Assembly (NCBI GenBank): GCA_963796275.1
Contig: CAWCKY010000006.1
Coordinates: 640,001 to 704,000 of the forward strand
Source: an uncultured Acidobacteriota bacterium
Lineage (GTDB): Bacteria > Acidobacteriota > Blastocatellia > RBC074
DNA length: 64,000 nucleotides
Direction: 5' to 3'
Positions 44,015 to 54,057 of this stretch are shown piece after piece. The notes below the pieces were generated by a model. It was not told where the DNA came from and searched no databases. It saw nothing but the letters and a program-made list of their open reading frames with translations. Numbering within the stretch: the first letter of the stretch is position 1; every line of letters starts with the position of its first letter. A program made the translations under genes and the position numbers.

Positions 44015-45130
44015 ATGAAAAAATTCGGTCTCGCCGGTCTGTTATTTCTCCTGCTCTTTTCCCTAAGTCTTATAGGGCAACCGGGGCGTGAAGCTGCGGT
44101 GGAGGAGAAACACCTGCTTTATGTCGCTTCGCCCGGCATTCGCAATTACGTCGAATACGGCGGCGTCGGCATCCTGGTCTTCGATATAAAGCAGGGCTAC
44201 AAGTGGGTTAAACGGATTCCCACCTGGGACGTGCCTGAAGGGACGCCGGCGGAGAACATTAAGGGCATCGCGGCGAATCCAAAAACGGGCAAACTTTATC
44301 TCAGCACGCCCAAGCGGCTCGCCTGCTTCGATCTAATCAGTGAAAAGAAGGTTTGGGAGAAAGAGTACGAGGGTGGTTGCGACCGTATGGCTTTGTCGCC
44401 CGACGGTAAGAAATTGTTCGTGCCATCGTTTGAAGGACCGCACTGGAATGTCGTCGATGCTCTGAGCGGCGAAGTGATCAAAAAGATCGAGACCAATTCC
44501 GGTGCGCATAATACGATCTGTTCCCTCGACGGTTCATCGGCTTACCTCGCCGGACTGAAATCTCCTTTGCTGCCTGTGGTCGACACCAAGACTTATGAGA
44601 TCATCAAACGTGTCGGTCCGTTCAGTAATTCGATCCGCCCGTTCACGGTCAATGGCAGCCGAACCCTCGGTTTCGTCAATGTCAATGAACTTTTGGGGTT
44701 CGAGGTGGGAGATTTGACGTCGGGGAAAATGCTTCATCGGGTCGAAGTCTCGGGTTTCCAGATGGGAAAAGTGAAGCGTCACGGCTGCCCGAGCCACGGA
44801 ATCGGATTGACGCCGGATGAGAAAGAGCTGTGGCTCTGCGATGGGTTCAACGAGCGGATGCACATCTTCGATGCTGCCCAGATGCCGCCCAAGCAGATGA
44901 TGAGCATCAAACTGCGCGAGCAGCCCGGCTGGATATCATTCAGCCTCGATGGCAAGCACGCCTACCCGTCGACGGGCGAGGTAATCGATATCGAGAGCAA
45001 GCGAATAATCGCGGCATTAACCGATGAGACCGGCAGGCAGGTCCATAGCGAGAAGTTACTGGAGATCGTCTTCGCCAACGGCAAACCGGTTCGCAGCAGT
45101 GACCAATTTGGACTTGGGCGGAAGCGATGA
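44015..45130 (+). CDS. Exported YVTN/YncE-like beta-propeller protein
   Basis: Signal peptide; repeats ALSPDGKKLFV, CSLDGSSAYL, HGIGLTPDEKELW and FSLDGKHAY. Confidence 0.82.
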   Translation: MKKFGLAGLLFLLLFSLSLIGQPGREAAVEEKHLLYVASPGIRNYVEYGGVGILVFDIKQGYKWVKRIPTWDVPEGTPAENIKGIAANPKTGKLYLSTPKRLACFDLISEKKVWEKEYEGGCDRMALSPDGKKLFVPSFEGPHWNVVDALSGEVIKKIETNSGAHNTICSLDGSSAYLAGLKSPLLPVVDTKTYEIIKRVGPFSNSIRPFTVNGSRTLGFVNVNELLGFEVGDLTSGKMLHRVEVSGFQMGKVKRHGCPSHGIGLTPDEKELWLCDGFNERMHIFDAAQMPPKQMMSIKLREQPGWISFSLDGKHAYPSTGEVIDIESKRIIAALTDETGRQVHSEKLLEIVFANGKPVRSSDQFGLGRKR

Positions 45131-45165
45131 GATTTTCCGCTTAAAATATATATAGGGGGCTAAAC

Positions 45166-45801
45166 GTGAAATCGCCAAAAGTAATATTCGTTCTAATAAG
45201 CATACTCTGGTACTGTGCTGTCTGCCCGACTACCTACACAGCACCCGAACCGACGATGACAACTGACGAACGATCCAAAGTGATCAAATATTTGAAAGAT
45301 TCTCGGCAGGAGACGCTGGATGCGCTTGAGAAGTTGAGCGATGAACAGTTGAAATTTAAGGCGACGCCGGAAAAATGGTCGATCCTCGAAGTCGCCGAGC
45401 ATATTATGCTTGCCGAAGGGCTTCTCTTCGGCGCAGTTGATAGGGCCTTAGCGAACCAGCCCAATCCTGAATGGGAGACGAAGACGAAGGGCAAGACGGA
45501 GTTTCTTGAGAAAGCGATAGTCAGTCGTGATAGAAAAGTTCAGGCGCCCGAGGCCATCGTGCCTTCGGGCAAATTATCACGAGCCGAATTAATTGCAAAA
45601 TATAAAGAGGCTCGTGGAAAGACGTTGAAGTTTGCCGAAGAGACTCAGCTACCAGTGAAGTCTCATACTTTAGATCATCCGTTCCCGATATTCGGTACGC
45701 TGAACGCCTATCAGTGGCTGATCTATGTGCCGCTGCACAACATGCGCCACAACCAGCAGATTGCCGAAGTGAGATCGAACCCTAACTTCCCGAAGAACTG
45801 A
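45166..45801 (+). CDS. DinB/YfiT-family protein with N-terminal signal sequence
   Basis: KWSILEVAEH, HPFPIFG and HNMRHNQQI (His triad). Confidence 0.85.
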   Translation: MKSPKVIFVLISILWYCAVCPTTYTAPEPTMTTDERSKVIKYLKDSRQETLDALEKLSDEQLKFKATPEKWSILEVAEHIMLAEGLLFGAVDRALANQPNPEWETKTKGKTEFLEKAIVSRDRKVQAPEAIVPSGKLSRAELIAKYKEARGKTLKFAEETQLPVKSHTLDHPFPIFGTLNAYQWLIYVPLHNMRHNQQIAEVRSNPNFPKN

Positions 45802-45932
45802 TCGCAATTCTCCGGTTTTCACGGAAGCGCAGTCTTGCTGTTTTTTTGATCCGCTAACGATCGCTTTCCAAACAGACTCTAAACACAACAGCCAGCCGGG
45901 CTGGTAAGACCCTCCATTTTCAGCAGATTTAC

Positions 45933-45968
45933 GTGGCAGCCTGGGACAATCGCGAGGCAGGCTGCCAC
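45933..45968. promoter_or_regulatory. Tandem putative enhancer boxes GTGGCA-N3-TGCCAC
   Basis: GTGGCAgccTGGGAC-aatcgc-GAGGCAggcTGCCAC; same layout at 49761-49796. Confidence 0.55.
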
Positions 45969-46021
45969 GCGATTAAAACCGTTGCTCTTGATTGTCTTGG
46001 AGTTAGCGTTCGCAGCTCCGC

Positions 46022-46037
46022 AGGCATCATAGTTGCA
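46022..46037 (+). promoter_or_regulatory. sigma54 -24/-12 promoter of the USP gene
   Basis: AGGCAT-CATAG-TTGCA, with GG-N10-GC spacing. Confidence 0.6.
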
Positions 46038-46138
46038 AACTCGTAACACTGATATCAGACATCGAATCAGATGGAGATACCAAATCGCTACCTACGGCGA
46101 ATTTAAGAAAAGATTGTTGTGATTTGAAGATTTGAAGA

Positions 46139-47065
46139 ATGAAAATCCTGATCAGTTACGACGGTTCATATCACGCAAAAGCCGCGCTCAAAGATTTGCT
46201 TAAGGCCGGGCTGCCGGTCGAAGCTCAGGCGGTAGTAATATCCATACCTAAATTCTCCCTTGCGGAAAGCTCAAAATCTGAGAGGAATAGCCGAAAGGAA
46301 GGGCCGGGTTGTTCGGAAGAAGAGGTTGAAGACGCGGCGGCGATGGCCAAACAAGCGAGCGATATTATTCGGGAAAATTTTCCGGCCTGGGAAGTTCGCG
46401 CCGATCTGGCGGCAGGTTCAGCTGCCCGCGTGGTCGCGAAAAAGGCCAGGCAATGGGATCCTAACTTAATCGTGCTAGGTCTGCAGGACAGCGCGGAGTA
46501 TGGCCGCCCTTATTTCGGCGACGTCTCACGCCGCATCGCCATAGAAGCGAAATGCTCGGTTCGCCTGGCGCGCGGATTTAACGCCGAGACCGATGAAGCG
46601 CCGCGCGTTCTGCTATGCGTGGATGGCTCGCCTTATACTGAGGCGGCAGTTTACGCGGTCGCATCACGCGACTGGCCCAAAGGCACGGATGTACGGATCC
46701 TCACGGTGGTAAATCCGTTTGACTATTCAATCCCCGAGTTTTTGGATAAAGCTATTGAACGTGCCAAATCATTCCACCGCATTATCGCCAATGAACTTGA
46801 TCGCACCCCGGCCTTCATATCCTCCGTCGTCGAGAACGGAGAGCCGGAGAAGGTCATTCTGAGAATAGCCGAGGAGTGGAAACCTGATTGTATCTTTCTC
46901 GCTCCCCGAAAACGGAGCCGGTTCAGCCGTTATCTGTTGAGCGGGGTCACGGGAACCGTCGTGTCCCAGGCCAAATGTGCGGTCGAATTGACGCGCATCG
47001 TGAAGCCGGGTGACCATAACGATTCGTTTCTGCGCGCGCTCGCTACCTCGCCTGTCTTCGATTGA
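46139..47065 (+). CDS. Universal stress protein, two USP domains
   Basis: KILISYDGS...LIVLG...AKCSV and RVLLCVDGS...GEPEKVI...AKCAVE. Confidence 0.9.
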   Translation: MKILISYDGSYHAKAALKDLLKAGLPVEAQAVVISIPKFSLAESSKSERNSRKEGPGCSEEEVEDAAAMAKQASDIIRENFPAWEVRADLAAGSAARVVAKKARQWDPNLIVLGLQDSAEYGRPYFGDVSRRIAIEAKCSVRLARGFNAETDEAPRVLLCVDGSPYTEAAVYAVASRDWPKGTDVRILTVVNPFDYSIPEFLDKAIERAKSFHRIIANELDRTPAFISSVVENGEPEKVILRIAEEWKPDCIFLAPRKRSRFSRYLLSGVTGTVVSQAKCAVELTRIVKPGDHNDSFLRALATSPVFD

Positions 47066-47140
47066 TAGAGTGGAAGAAACTCACCGGAAACATTCCGCAA
47101 TCACAGCACACCACTCTTCCTCTACCGTACCAAGAAAATG

Positions 47141-47207
47141 TTATTAGTTATTAGTTTTTAGTTATAGTTGCTGAACGAGACAGCTCAGCTAAAAACTAGA
47201 ACTGAAA
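47141..47207. repeat. Inverted heptamer arrays (TTATTAG/TTTTTAG)n...(CTAAAAA/CTAGAA)n
   Basis: TTATTAGTTATTAGTTTTTAGTTATAG ... CTAAAAACTAGAACTGAAA, abutting the REPIN. Confidence 0.6.
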
Positions 47208-47215
47208 TTAACTGT

Positions 47216-47400
47216 TCTTCGCCGCGTTAGCGGCGGTTGATTGTAGCCGTGGGTTTTAACCCACGGAAGTCTTGAAGGATATTCCCGCGTCGCGTTAGCG
47301 ACGCCTGAATTCAACCGTCGCTGACGCGACGTGAAAAAATCTACCGCCACCGTGGGTTAAAACCCACGGCTACAATCAACCGCCGCTGACGCGGCGAAGA
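47216..47400. repeat. Complete REPIN/BIME-like element, family 1, with 51-bp terminal inverted repeats
   Basis: 47216-47266 and 47350-47400 are reverse complements with 1 mismatch; each holds GTAG-CCGTGGG-TTTTAA-CCCACGG plus a GCCGC-TrAC-GCGGC hairpin. Confidence 0.9.
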
Positions 47401-47836
47401 GGCTTGCCGCTGACGCGGCGAAGAGGCTTGCCGCTGACGCGGCGAAGAGGCTTGCCGCTAACGCGGCGAAGAGGCTTGCCGCTAACGCGGCGAAGAGGCT
47501 TGCCGCTAACGCGGCGAAGAGGCTTGCCGCTAACGCGGCGAAGAGGCTTGCCGCTGACGCGGCGAAGAGGCTTGCCGCTGACGCGGCGAAGAGGCTTGCC
47601 GCTGACGCGGCGATGAGGCTTGCCGCTGACGCGGCGAAGAGGCTTGCCGCTGACGCGGCGATGAGGCTTGCCGCTGACGCGGCGAAGAGGCTTGCCGCTG
47701 ACGCGGCGATGAGGCTTGCCGCTGACGCGGCGAAGAGGCTTGCCGCTGACGCGGCGATGAGGCTTGCCGCTGACGCGGCGAAGAGGCTTGCCGCTGACGC
47801 GGCGAAGAGGCTTGCCGCTGACGCGGCGAAGAGGCT
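47382..47836. repeat. Tandem array, 19 copies of 24-bp GCCGCTrACGCGGCGAwGAGGCTT
   Basis: Counted directly; no unique spacers; the first unit is the REPIN terminus. Confidence 0.95.
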
Positions 47837-47977
47837 GACCAGTCACAAAATATTATTGGTTTTTAGCCGCGTTGTGTGAACGGAGCATGACGCAAGTGGG
47901 GCGACACCAAATGGATGTGAGTAAAATTCATCCATTGCGCGCCGCCCTGTGCTGACGAACCGATCAAATCGAGCCGC

Positions 47978-49564
47978 TCAATCCCCGGACGCTTTCGCCA
48001 GAGCGATGTGTGCTTGAGTTTGACCGGCAGCTTCGCGCTTTTGATAACGTTGCTGCAGGTCTTCCCAGGGGACCGATGCCTGGCCTCCGCGAGCGATATG
48101 CTGTTTCCGCCAGTTCGCGATCAAGTCGAGACAGGCGTGGTCAATATAACTGAGAAGATCAACCTCAAGAACGACTTTTGTTCCCGACGGGATAGATTCC
48201 AGTGCCGCCGCCAGTTTGGGCAACCGGATGAATGTCGCGGCGCCGTTCAGGGAGACGGTCGTAACATTGTTCGGCGGCTCTGTCTGTATATTCACCTCGA
48301 GGTGAGAGAATGTGTAGAACAATTTGAGCAGAGCCAGTCCCAGCCCCGTTAACACGCCGAACAGCAGGTTCGTCGCCACGATGCCGACGACGGTGGCGAC
48401 GTAGATGGCGACTTCGGCCTTTCCATATGGCTTCAGTTCGCGCACGGCTTTCGGGGACACCAGCTTGAATCCGGTGTAGACCAGAATCGCGGCCAACGCC
48501 GTCGTCGGAATTTTGCCGAGCAGGGATGGCGCGAGCATAACCAGAACCAGAATCCACGTGCCGTGCATGATGGCTGACAAGCGCGTCTTAGCCCCCGCCT
48601 CGACGTTCGTCTTGCTGCGGACGATAACGCCAGTCATCGGCAGCGCTCCGACCAGCCCGCAGAGAGCGTTTCCAATCCCCTGCGCAAATAGCTCCCGGTT
48701 GTAATTCGTACGCTCGCCCTGATGCAAACGGTCAACGGCGGCGGCGGAAAGCAATGTTTCCGCGCTGGCGATAAAACACAGAGCCAGCGCTGATCCGATC
48801 ATGGAACCATTCAACATATTGCCCAGCGATTCCGCTGTCGGCATTCGAATGACGCTCAGCAGATCGCCGTCAATGTTGACGTATTTGATCGGCATCTGGA
48901 AGGCGGCTGACACGAACGTCATGAGCAAGACCGCGACGAGCGGCGCCGGGATGAGCTGCAGTTTTTTCGGCGTATAACTCCAGGCGAAGATGATTGCAAT
49001 CGTAATGATACCGACGAGCGCAGCCAGCTGATGCGACGAACCATCGGGCGGCACGAGGCCTTTGTAAATCGATGCGGGGATCGAGAACAGGTTCTGCAAC
49101 CCGGATCCCCGCGGGCCGTCGTCCACCAGGACGTGAAACTGGCTGGCTATGATCAATACGCCAATGCCCCCCAGCATGCCCTGAATTACCGCGGGCGAGA
49201 TGGCGCGAAACCATTGCCCCACCCGTGATACTCCCATGATCGCCTGAACTATCCCCGCGAATAACAGGATCGGCCCCAGCATCCCGATGCCGTGCTGGTT
49301 GATTATTTCCCAGACAAGCACGCTCAGCCCAGCCGCTGGACCGCTGACCTGTAATGGGCTGCCGCAAATAAAGCCGACTACGATCCCGCCAATTATCCCC
49401 GTGATCAAACCAAGTGCGGGAGGCGCACCGGAAGCAATGGCGATTCCCATGGACAAGGGAAGCGCGACAAGAAAAACTACGATTGAAGAGAGAAAATCTT
49501 TGATAAAAGTGGCGCGAAAATTTGTTTTGTTATTTGATTCTTTAACCGAACTTAGTCGAGTCAT
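47978..49564 (-). CDS. SulP/SLC26 family anion transporter with reduced STAS domain
   Basis: VVFLVALPLSMGIAIASG, QVSGPAAGL, RELFAQGIGN, LPMTGVIVRS and YIDHAC. Confidence 0.93.
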   Translation of the reverse strand: MTRLSSVKESNNKTNFRATFIKDFLSSIVVFLVALPLSMGIAIASGAPPALGLITGIIGGIVVGFICGSPLQVSGPAAGLSVLVWEIINQHGIGMLGPILLFAGIVQAIMGVSRVGQWFRAISPAVIQGMLGGIGVLIIASQFHVLVDDGPRGSGLQNLFSIPASIYKGLVPPDGSSHQLAALVGIITIAIIFAWSYTPKKLQLIPAPLVAVLLMTFVSAAFQMPIKYVNIDGDLLSVIRMPTAESLGNMLNGSMIGSALALCFIASAETLLSAAAVDRLHQGERTNYNRELFAQGIGNALCGLVGALPMTGVIVRSKTNVEAGAKTRLSAIMHGTWILVLVMLAPSLLGKIPTTALAAILVYTGFKLVSPKAVRELKPYGKAEVAIYVATVVGIVATNLLFGVLTGLGLALLKLFYTFSHLEVNIQTEPPNNVTTVSLNGAATFIRLPKLAAALESIPSGTKVVLEVDLLSYIDHACLDLIANWRKQHIARGGQASVPWEDLQQRYQKREAAGQTQAHIALAKASGD

Positions 49565-49579
49565 ATTCTCCTCAGAAAA

Positions 49580-49641
49580 TAGTTTTTAGTATTCAGTTTT
49601 CGGCTGCTGGGTCGGCAACCGAAAACTGAACACTGAAAACT
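49580..49641. repeat. Inverted heptamer arrays in the SulP leader
   Basis: AGTTTTTAGTATTCAGTTTTCGG ... CCGAAAACTGAACACTGAAAACT. Confidence 0.75.
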
Positions 49642-49678
49642 TCACATACACCTCTCCCGAAGAAGCCGTGAGAGGAAG

Positions 49679-49694
49679 GGCAATCTGCGTGCCG
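49679..49694 (-). promoter_or_regulatory. sigma54 -24/-12 promoter of the SulP gene
   Basis: Minus strand CGGCAC-GCAGA-TTGCC, with GG-N10-GC spacing. Confidence 0.65.
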
Positions 49695-49760
49695 ATATTT
49701 ACGAGATTGATGGGACTGGGTTTGTCTACGTTGGTGAGAGAGAAATCATAAAATCAGTTG

Positions 49761-49796
49761 TGGTTATTTTGCCACGTTGACGTGGCAACCTGGGAC
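49761..49796. promoter_or_regulatory. Tandem putative enhancer boxes GTGGCA-N3-TGCCAC
   Basis: tggttatttTGCCAC-gttgac-GTGGCAaccTGGGAC; same 6-bp spacer as 45933-45968. Confidence 0.55.
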
Positions 49797-49817
49797 GGCG
49801 CCGGATTTTAGATGTGA

Positions 49818-51188
49818 TCAGTTTTCCTGAGGGCCAGGATCATTTTGGAATTCATCGAGTTTGCGATATAGGGTTTTGCGATCGAGGCCGAGCAATTCGG
49901 CGGTGCGCGTTTTATTGCCGCCGGTTTTCCGCAGCATTTCCAGGATGTAATCGCGCTCGACTTCGCGCAACGTAAGATCGCGATCGCTCGAGCGGGCGAT
50001 AAAGGCGGCGGCGGCGCCATGATTTTTCACGCGTTCCGGCAGTTCATCGGGTGTGAGCCTAGCCCCTGGCGCAAGAGTGACCGCGCGCTCGATGGCGTTT
50101 TCCAGCTCGCGCACATTCCCCGGCCACGAATAGGAGGTCAGAATCGCCAGCGTTTCCGGCAGAACATCGAGGGGTTGGCGGCCCAACGATTCGGCCAACT
50201 TGACGACGAAGTGTTCGACCAGCAGCGGAATATCGTACGGACGCTCGCGCAACGCGGGCAGGCGCATCTGAATGACATTCAAACGCCAGAACAGGTCTTC
50301 GCGAAAACGCCCTTCGCGCACTTCTTCTTCCAGATCACGATTGGTCGCGGCCACAACGCGCACATTGACTTGCTGTTCGGCGTTCGCCCCGACCCGGCGG
50401 ATTGTGCCTTCCTGCAAAGTACGCAATAGTTTCGGCTGCACGAGCAATGGCAGATCGGCGATCTCATCGAGAAAGATCGTTCCGCCGTCTGCCGTTTCAA
50501 AAAGCCCGGCTCGCGCCTGTTTGGCGCCGGTGAACGCCTGCCCCGTATGCCCGAACAGTTCCGACTCCATCAACTCCGCCGGAATCGCCGGACAATTGAT
50601 CGGGACGAACTGTCCAACCCGGCCAGATTGTTCGTGGATGGCTCGCGCCACCAGCTCTTTGCCGGTGCCGGATTCGCCGGTGATGAGCACCGTGCTGGAC
50701 CCTCCCGCGGCGCGCGCGATCAGATCGAGCAGTTTGCGCATCGGTAGCGAGGCGCCGATGATCCGCGTTTGCGCGGAATTTATTTCCCTGCGCATCCTCG
50801 TCTGTTCGCGCAGCAGGGCGGTGCGCTCCAACGCCTGCTCAACCGCGGACAACAACTCGCCGGCCTGAAATGGTTTGGTAATGTATTGATGCGCACCCGC
50901 CTTAACCATCTCGACGGCGTGCTCCACCGAACCGAAGGCGGTGATGACGATCACCGGCGCTTCGGCGCGAGCGGCGCGGACCGCGAAAAGAATTTCGTCG
51001 CCTTTGACGCCAGGCATTCGAACATCGGTGATCACCAGGTCGAGCATCTCGCGCTCATCCTTGATCACCTTCAAGGCCGCATGGGCATCGGAATGAGATA
51101 CGGTTTCGTAGCCGGTGTCTCCCAGAATTTCGCCCAGCATCTCCCGCATGTCATGGTCGTCTTCCACTATCAACACGCGCTCCTTCAT
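49818..51188 (-). CDS. NtrC/AtoC-family sigma54-dependent response regulator (REC-AAA-HTH)
   Basis: [46 protein letters not shown] and [12 protein letters not shown]. Confidence 0.96.
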   Translation of the reverse strand: MKERVLIVEDDHDMREMLGEILGDTGYETVSHSDAHAALKVIKDEREMLDLVITDVRMPGVKGDEILFAVRAARAEAPVIVITAFGSVEHAVEMVKAGAHQYITKPFQAGELLSAVEQALERTALLREQTRMRREINSAQTRIIGASLPMRKLLDLIARAAGGSSTVLITGESGTGKELVARAIHEQSGRVGQFVPINCPAIPAELMESELFGHTGQAFTGAKQARAGLFETADGGTIFLDEIADLPLLVQPKLLRTLQEGTIRRVGANAEQQVNVRVVAATNRDLEEEVREGRFREDLFWRLNVIQMRLPALRERPYDIPLLVEHFVVKLAESLGRQPLDVLPETLAILTSYSWPGNVRELENAIERAVTLAPGARLTPDELPERVKNHGAAAAFIARSSDRDLTLREVERDYILEMLRKTGGNKTRTAELLGLDRKTLYRKLDEFQNDPGPQEN

Positions 51189-52693
51189 TGAACCATGCTC
51201 TCCTTTTCCGTCGAATTCGCCGGCGTAATCGCATCCTCCGCGAGTTGAAGATAAACGGTGAAAGTCACCCCTTCCTTCTCGTTATTCTTCACATCGATCC
51301 ATCCGTTATGTTCTTCGACGATGCGCCGGGAGACGGGGAGGCCGAGCCCAACCCCGCTGCCGACATCCTTCGTCGTATAAAACGGATCGAAGAGGAAAGG
51401 GAAATTTTCTTCTTCGATCCCGGTCCCGGTATCGGATATCCGAACCGCCAGATAACGTACTCCGTCCTTTTCTATCAAGTCAGCATCATAATCAATGTAC
51501 AGACGACCGCCATCTGGCATGGCGTGAATGGCATTCACGATGAGATTGATGAAGACCTGACGGAGAAACTCGCTGTCTCCGCTTATTCGCGCATCCCGCT
51601 CAACTTCGAATTCTGCGACGATTCGAGCGGGTTGCAATTTTGTCTCAAGCATCTCCAGCGTACTGGAGATCAACTCATTCAAATCAACTACCCCGCGTTG
51701 AATATTGTAAGGTCGCGCCAGATGAAGCAATTGCTTGACGATGTTTGTAATGCGCTCGACCTGGGTGAGAATAATCGTTGCGTTGCGTCGCCGTCGCTCT
51801 TTGGAGTCAGCCGGATCCTGCAAAATCTGCTCGGCGCGCACCTCGATCACGTTCAGGGGAGTCCCGATCTCGTGTGCTACGCCGGCCGCCAGCCGCCCCA
51901 CCGAAGCCAGATTTTCCGTGTGCCGTAATTGACGTTCGAGCTGCAAACGCTGTTCCATCTCGCGCGCGGCATTATTCCGCTGCTCTTCCAGGTTATCGGC
52001 CATACGGTTAAATTCTCTTTCCAGCATAGCGAATTCGTTATCGTTGGATGGCACGATCACACGGTAATTGAGGTCTCCGCGCCCGAGCGCCCGGGCGCCT
52101 TGTAACAGCTCGCCAATCGGCCGCAGGACGCTGTAGCGGGTGACCACGATCACGACAAAGATAATGGTCAGGAACAACATGAGTGCGAAGAAGACGATTT
52201 CGCGGCGGGCGCGGGCATAATCTTCCTTGATAAAAACCATATGCAGCGCGATCTCGAAAACTCCCTCACGCTCCGCACCGACGTTGATCGGCATTAGAAT
52301 TGAGAAGACCTCCTGGTCATCGATCACTCGCCGGATCTCAATCGTCTCGCCCGTCGCCAGTACGCGATTGAGCTCCGCCGGGAACTTGATCTCATCGGCC
52401 ACCAATTCATCCGAGACCATAGTCACCTGGCCGTCATTCGAAAAGAGAACCACCCCGTAAATGCGATGGTTGTCGCTCATCCGGTCGATCAACTCCTGAG
52501 CGTCAGTCTGTTTTCCCACCCGATATAATCGCTCGAGCGCGATCCGCAGAGTGACCGCATGAGCCAGCACTTCGCTGCGCATCGCTTCTTCTAGCGCTTT
52601 CTCCCGCTGGCGCAAAATGAAGTACCCGCCGGCGCTCATCACAACGCCGACGGCAATGGTTAATATAAAGATGAGTCGTGCGCTTGTCTTCAT
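51185..52693 (-). CDS. Membrane sensor histidine kinase with HAMP domain
   Basis: Two TM helices, HAMP (EFNRMADNL), [37 protein letters not shown]; overlaps the regulator start. Confidence 0.95.
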   Translation of the reverse strand: MKTSARLIFILTIAVGVVMSAGGYFILRQREKALEEAMRSEVLAHAVTLRIALERLYRVGKQTDAQELIDRMSDNHRIYGVVLFSNDGQVTMVSDELVADEIKFPAELNRVLATGETIEIRRVIDDQEVFSILMPINVGAEREGVFEIALHMVFIKEDYARARREIVFFALMLFLTIIFVVIVVTRYSVLRPIGELLQGARALGRGDLNYRVIVPSNDNEFAMLEREFNRMADNLEEQRNNAAREMEQRLQLERQLRHTENLASVGRLAAGVAHEIGTPLNVIEVRAEQILQDPADSKERRRRNATIILTQVERITNIVKQLLHLARPYNIQRGVVDLNELISSTLEMLETKLQPARIVAEFEVERDARISGDSEFLRQVFINLIVNAIHAMPDGGRLYIDYDADLIEKDGVRYLAVRISDTGTGIEEENFPFLFDPFYTTKDVGSGVGLGLPVSRRIVEEHNGWIDVKNNEKEGVTFTVYLQLAEDAITPANSTEKESMVQ

Positions 52694-52749
52694 CTTCGTC
52701 GCCTACTCTAACGTTGTTTATCTTCCCTGATCATTCTCGTCAGTTTTGA

Positions 52750-54057
52750 TTATAATTTTATTTTACCGAGCATCTCATAAATCCAGAGCAACGCCGCGTT
52801 CATCATCTGCTCGCCCGCGCCGACCGCGACCGGAGAGACCTGTTTGTCCGCACCATAGCCGCCCTCGGCCACGGCTTCGATGGTCGGGAAGTACTGATGA
52901 TATCCGTTGCAATAGCCGAAGAAGAAGAGCTGCCCGACCCGCGCGCGCTCTTTCAAGCGGATTGCGTGGTTGCTGAAAAATTCTCCCGAAATGCCGACCA
53001 GGGCGATCTCCTTATTGATCAACGCGACGGTCAGCCGGGGGCGCACGCCATCCGCATACTCATCAACGTAATTCGGGATCAGCTCGCGGAAGAACGCTTT
53101 TTCATAGATCCCTCGCACGAAGGAATTGCCGAAATCGACGCGCGAAGGGAAACTGAACCGCTCTTCCCTGATTTGCAGTAACGGTTTGGCGACAGTTTGT
53201 GGCGTCAGGCCCATCGCGAGTTTCACGGCTTCTTTGCCCAGCCTCTGGCCGAATGCCTGATAGCCTTTTTCTTCGCCTCTGTTGTCGTCAACCGATTGAT
53301 CGCCGGCGGCGCCCTGCATAAATATCGTGTGCGCGCCGGTGGCCTTTTCGATTTCATTCTTCATGGCGCCGACATAATCGGCCGAGAACTTCAGTACCAA
53401 TGCCTGAATCATCGTCGGATGGGCGGTGAAATTCACGAGGATTGAAAGCGGTTTTCCATTTTGCTCATCGATGCGCATGATAGCCAGCTCGCGATCGCTC
53501 GGCTTGTTCTGTAATTTCGAGTGCCTGTTGCGATTGAACCCATCGAGCTGAACCGATCCAACGGCGATCTTCGCGGGCACGAGCTTCTTATCGGCTTCCA
53601 GAATTGCCGCGATGATCGCCTCTTCCATTTCCTTGTAGTAGCGCAGCGAAGCGTCAAAACGGCCCCTGCCTTTGCCAGTCTCATCGGACAGTTCAAGCAC
53701 CGGGCCGTGATGCGTATGCGAACCGGCGATAAATGAATACTCGATTCCGGCTTCTGCTTTGATCCTTTGGCGGATGCGTACGAGCGAGGCTTCGGCGGGG
53801 GAGCGCCCGAGATCGAGGCCGACAATCGCGAGTTTTCGGTCACCTGTCTGAATGACCAGCGCGTCGGCTGAGAGCGGATCGAGGGTGCCGATAGAGAGTC
53901 GATCGTGTCTCGCGCCGTAGCCCCACATCGGAACCGGCTCGCGCGGCGTGATATCGCGGCGGGCCGAGCCGGCTCTTATTTCCTGAGCTTCAACTGCGGG
54001 GATGACCGCAAAGATCGCGAAAACGATTAACAGAGCGCGCATAGATAGTTTGAACAT
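52750..54057 (-). CDS. Exported neutral/alkaline ceramidase N-terminal-domain family hydrolase
   Basis: Signal peptide; AGSARRDITP, GYGAR, SHTHHGP, NFTAHPT, SADY, QGAAGD and GYCNGY. Confidence 0.82.
   Translation of the reverse strand: MFKLSMRALLIVFAIFAVIPAVEAQEIRAGSARRDITPREPVPMWGYGARHDRLSIGTLDPLSADALVIQTGDRKLAIVGLDLGRSPAEASLVRIRQRIKAEAGIEYSFIAGSHTHHGPVLELSDETGKGRGRFDASLRYYKEMEEAIIAAILEADKKLVPAKIAVGSVQLDGFNRNRHSKLQNKPSDRELAIMRIDEQNGKPLSILVNFTAHPTMIQALVLKFSADYVGAMKNEIEKATGAHTIFMQGAAGDQSVDDNRGEEKGYQAFGQRLGKEAVKLAMGLTPQTVAKPLLQIREERFSFPSRVDFGNSFVRGIYEKAFFRELIPNYVDEYADGVRPRLTVALINKEIALVGISGEFFSNHAIRLKERARVGQLFFFGYCNGYHQYFPTIEAVAEGGYGADKQVSPVAVGAGEQMMNAALLWIYEMLGKIKL

Noticed and set aside
47382-47836. 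Possible CRISPR array
   Set aside because: Units are contiguous with no unique spacers, and no cas genes are in the window.
47376-47879. ORFs (PLRRVSGK)n, (PLTRRRGL)n and (RLAADAAK)n
   Set aside because: Open frames are a by-product of a 24-bp repeat; no convincing SD or unique coding flank.
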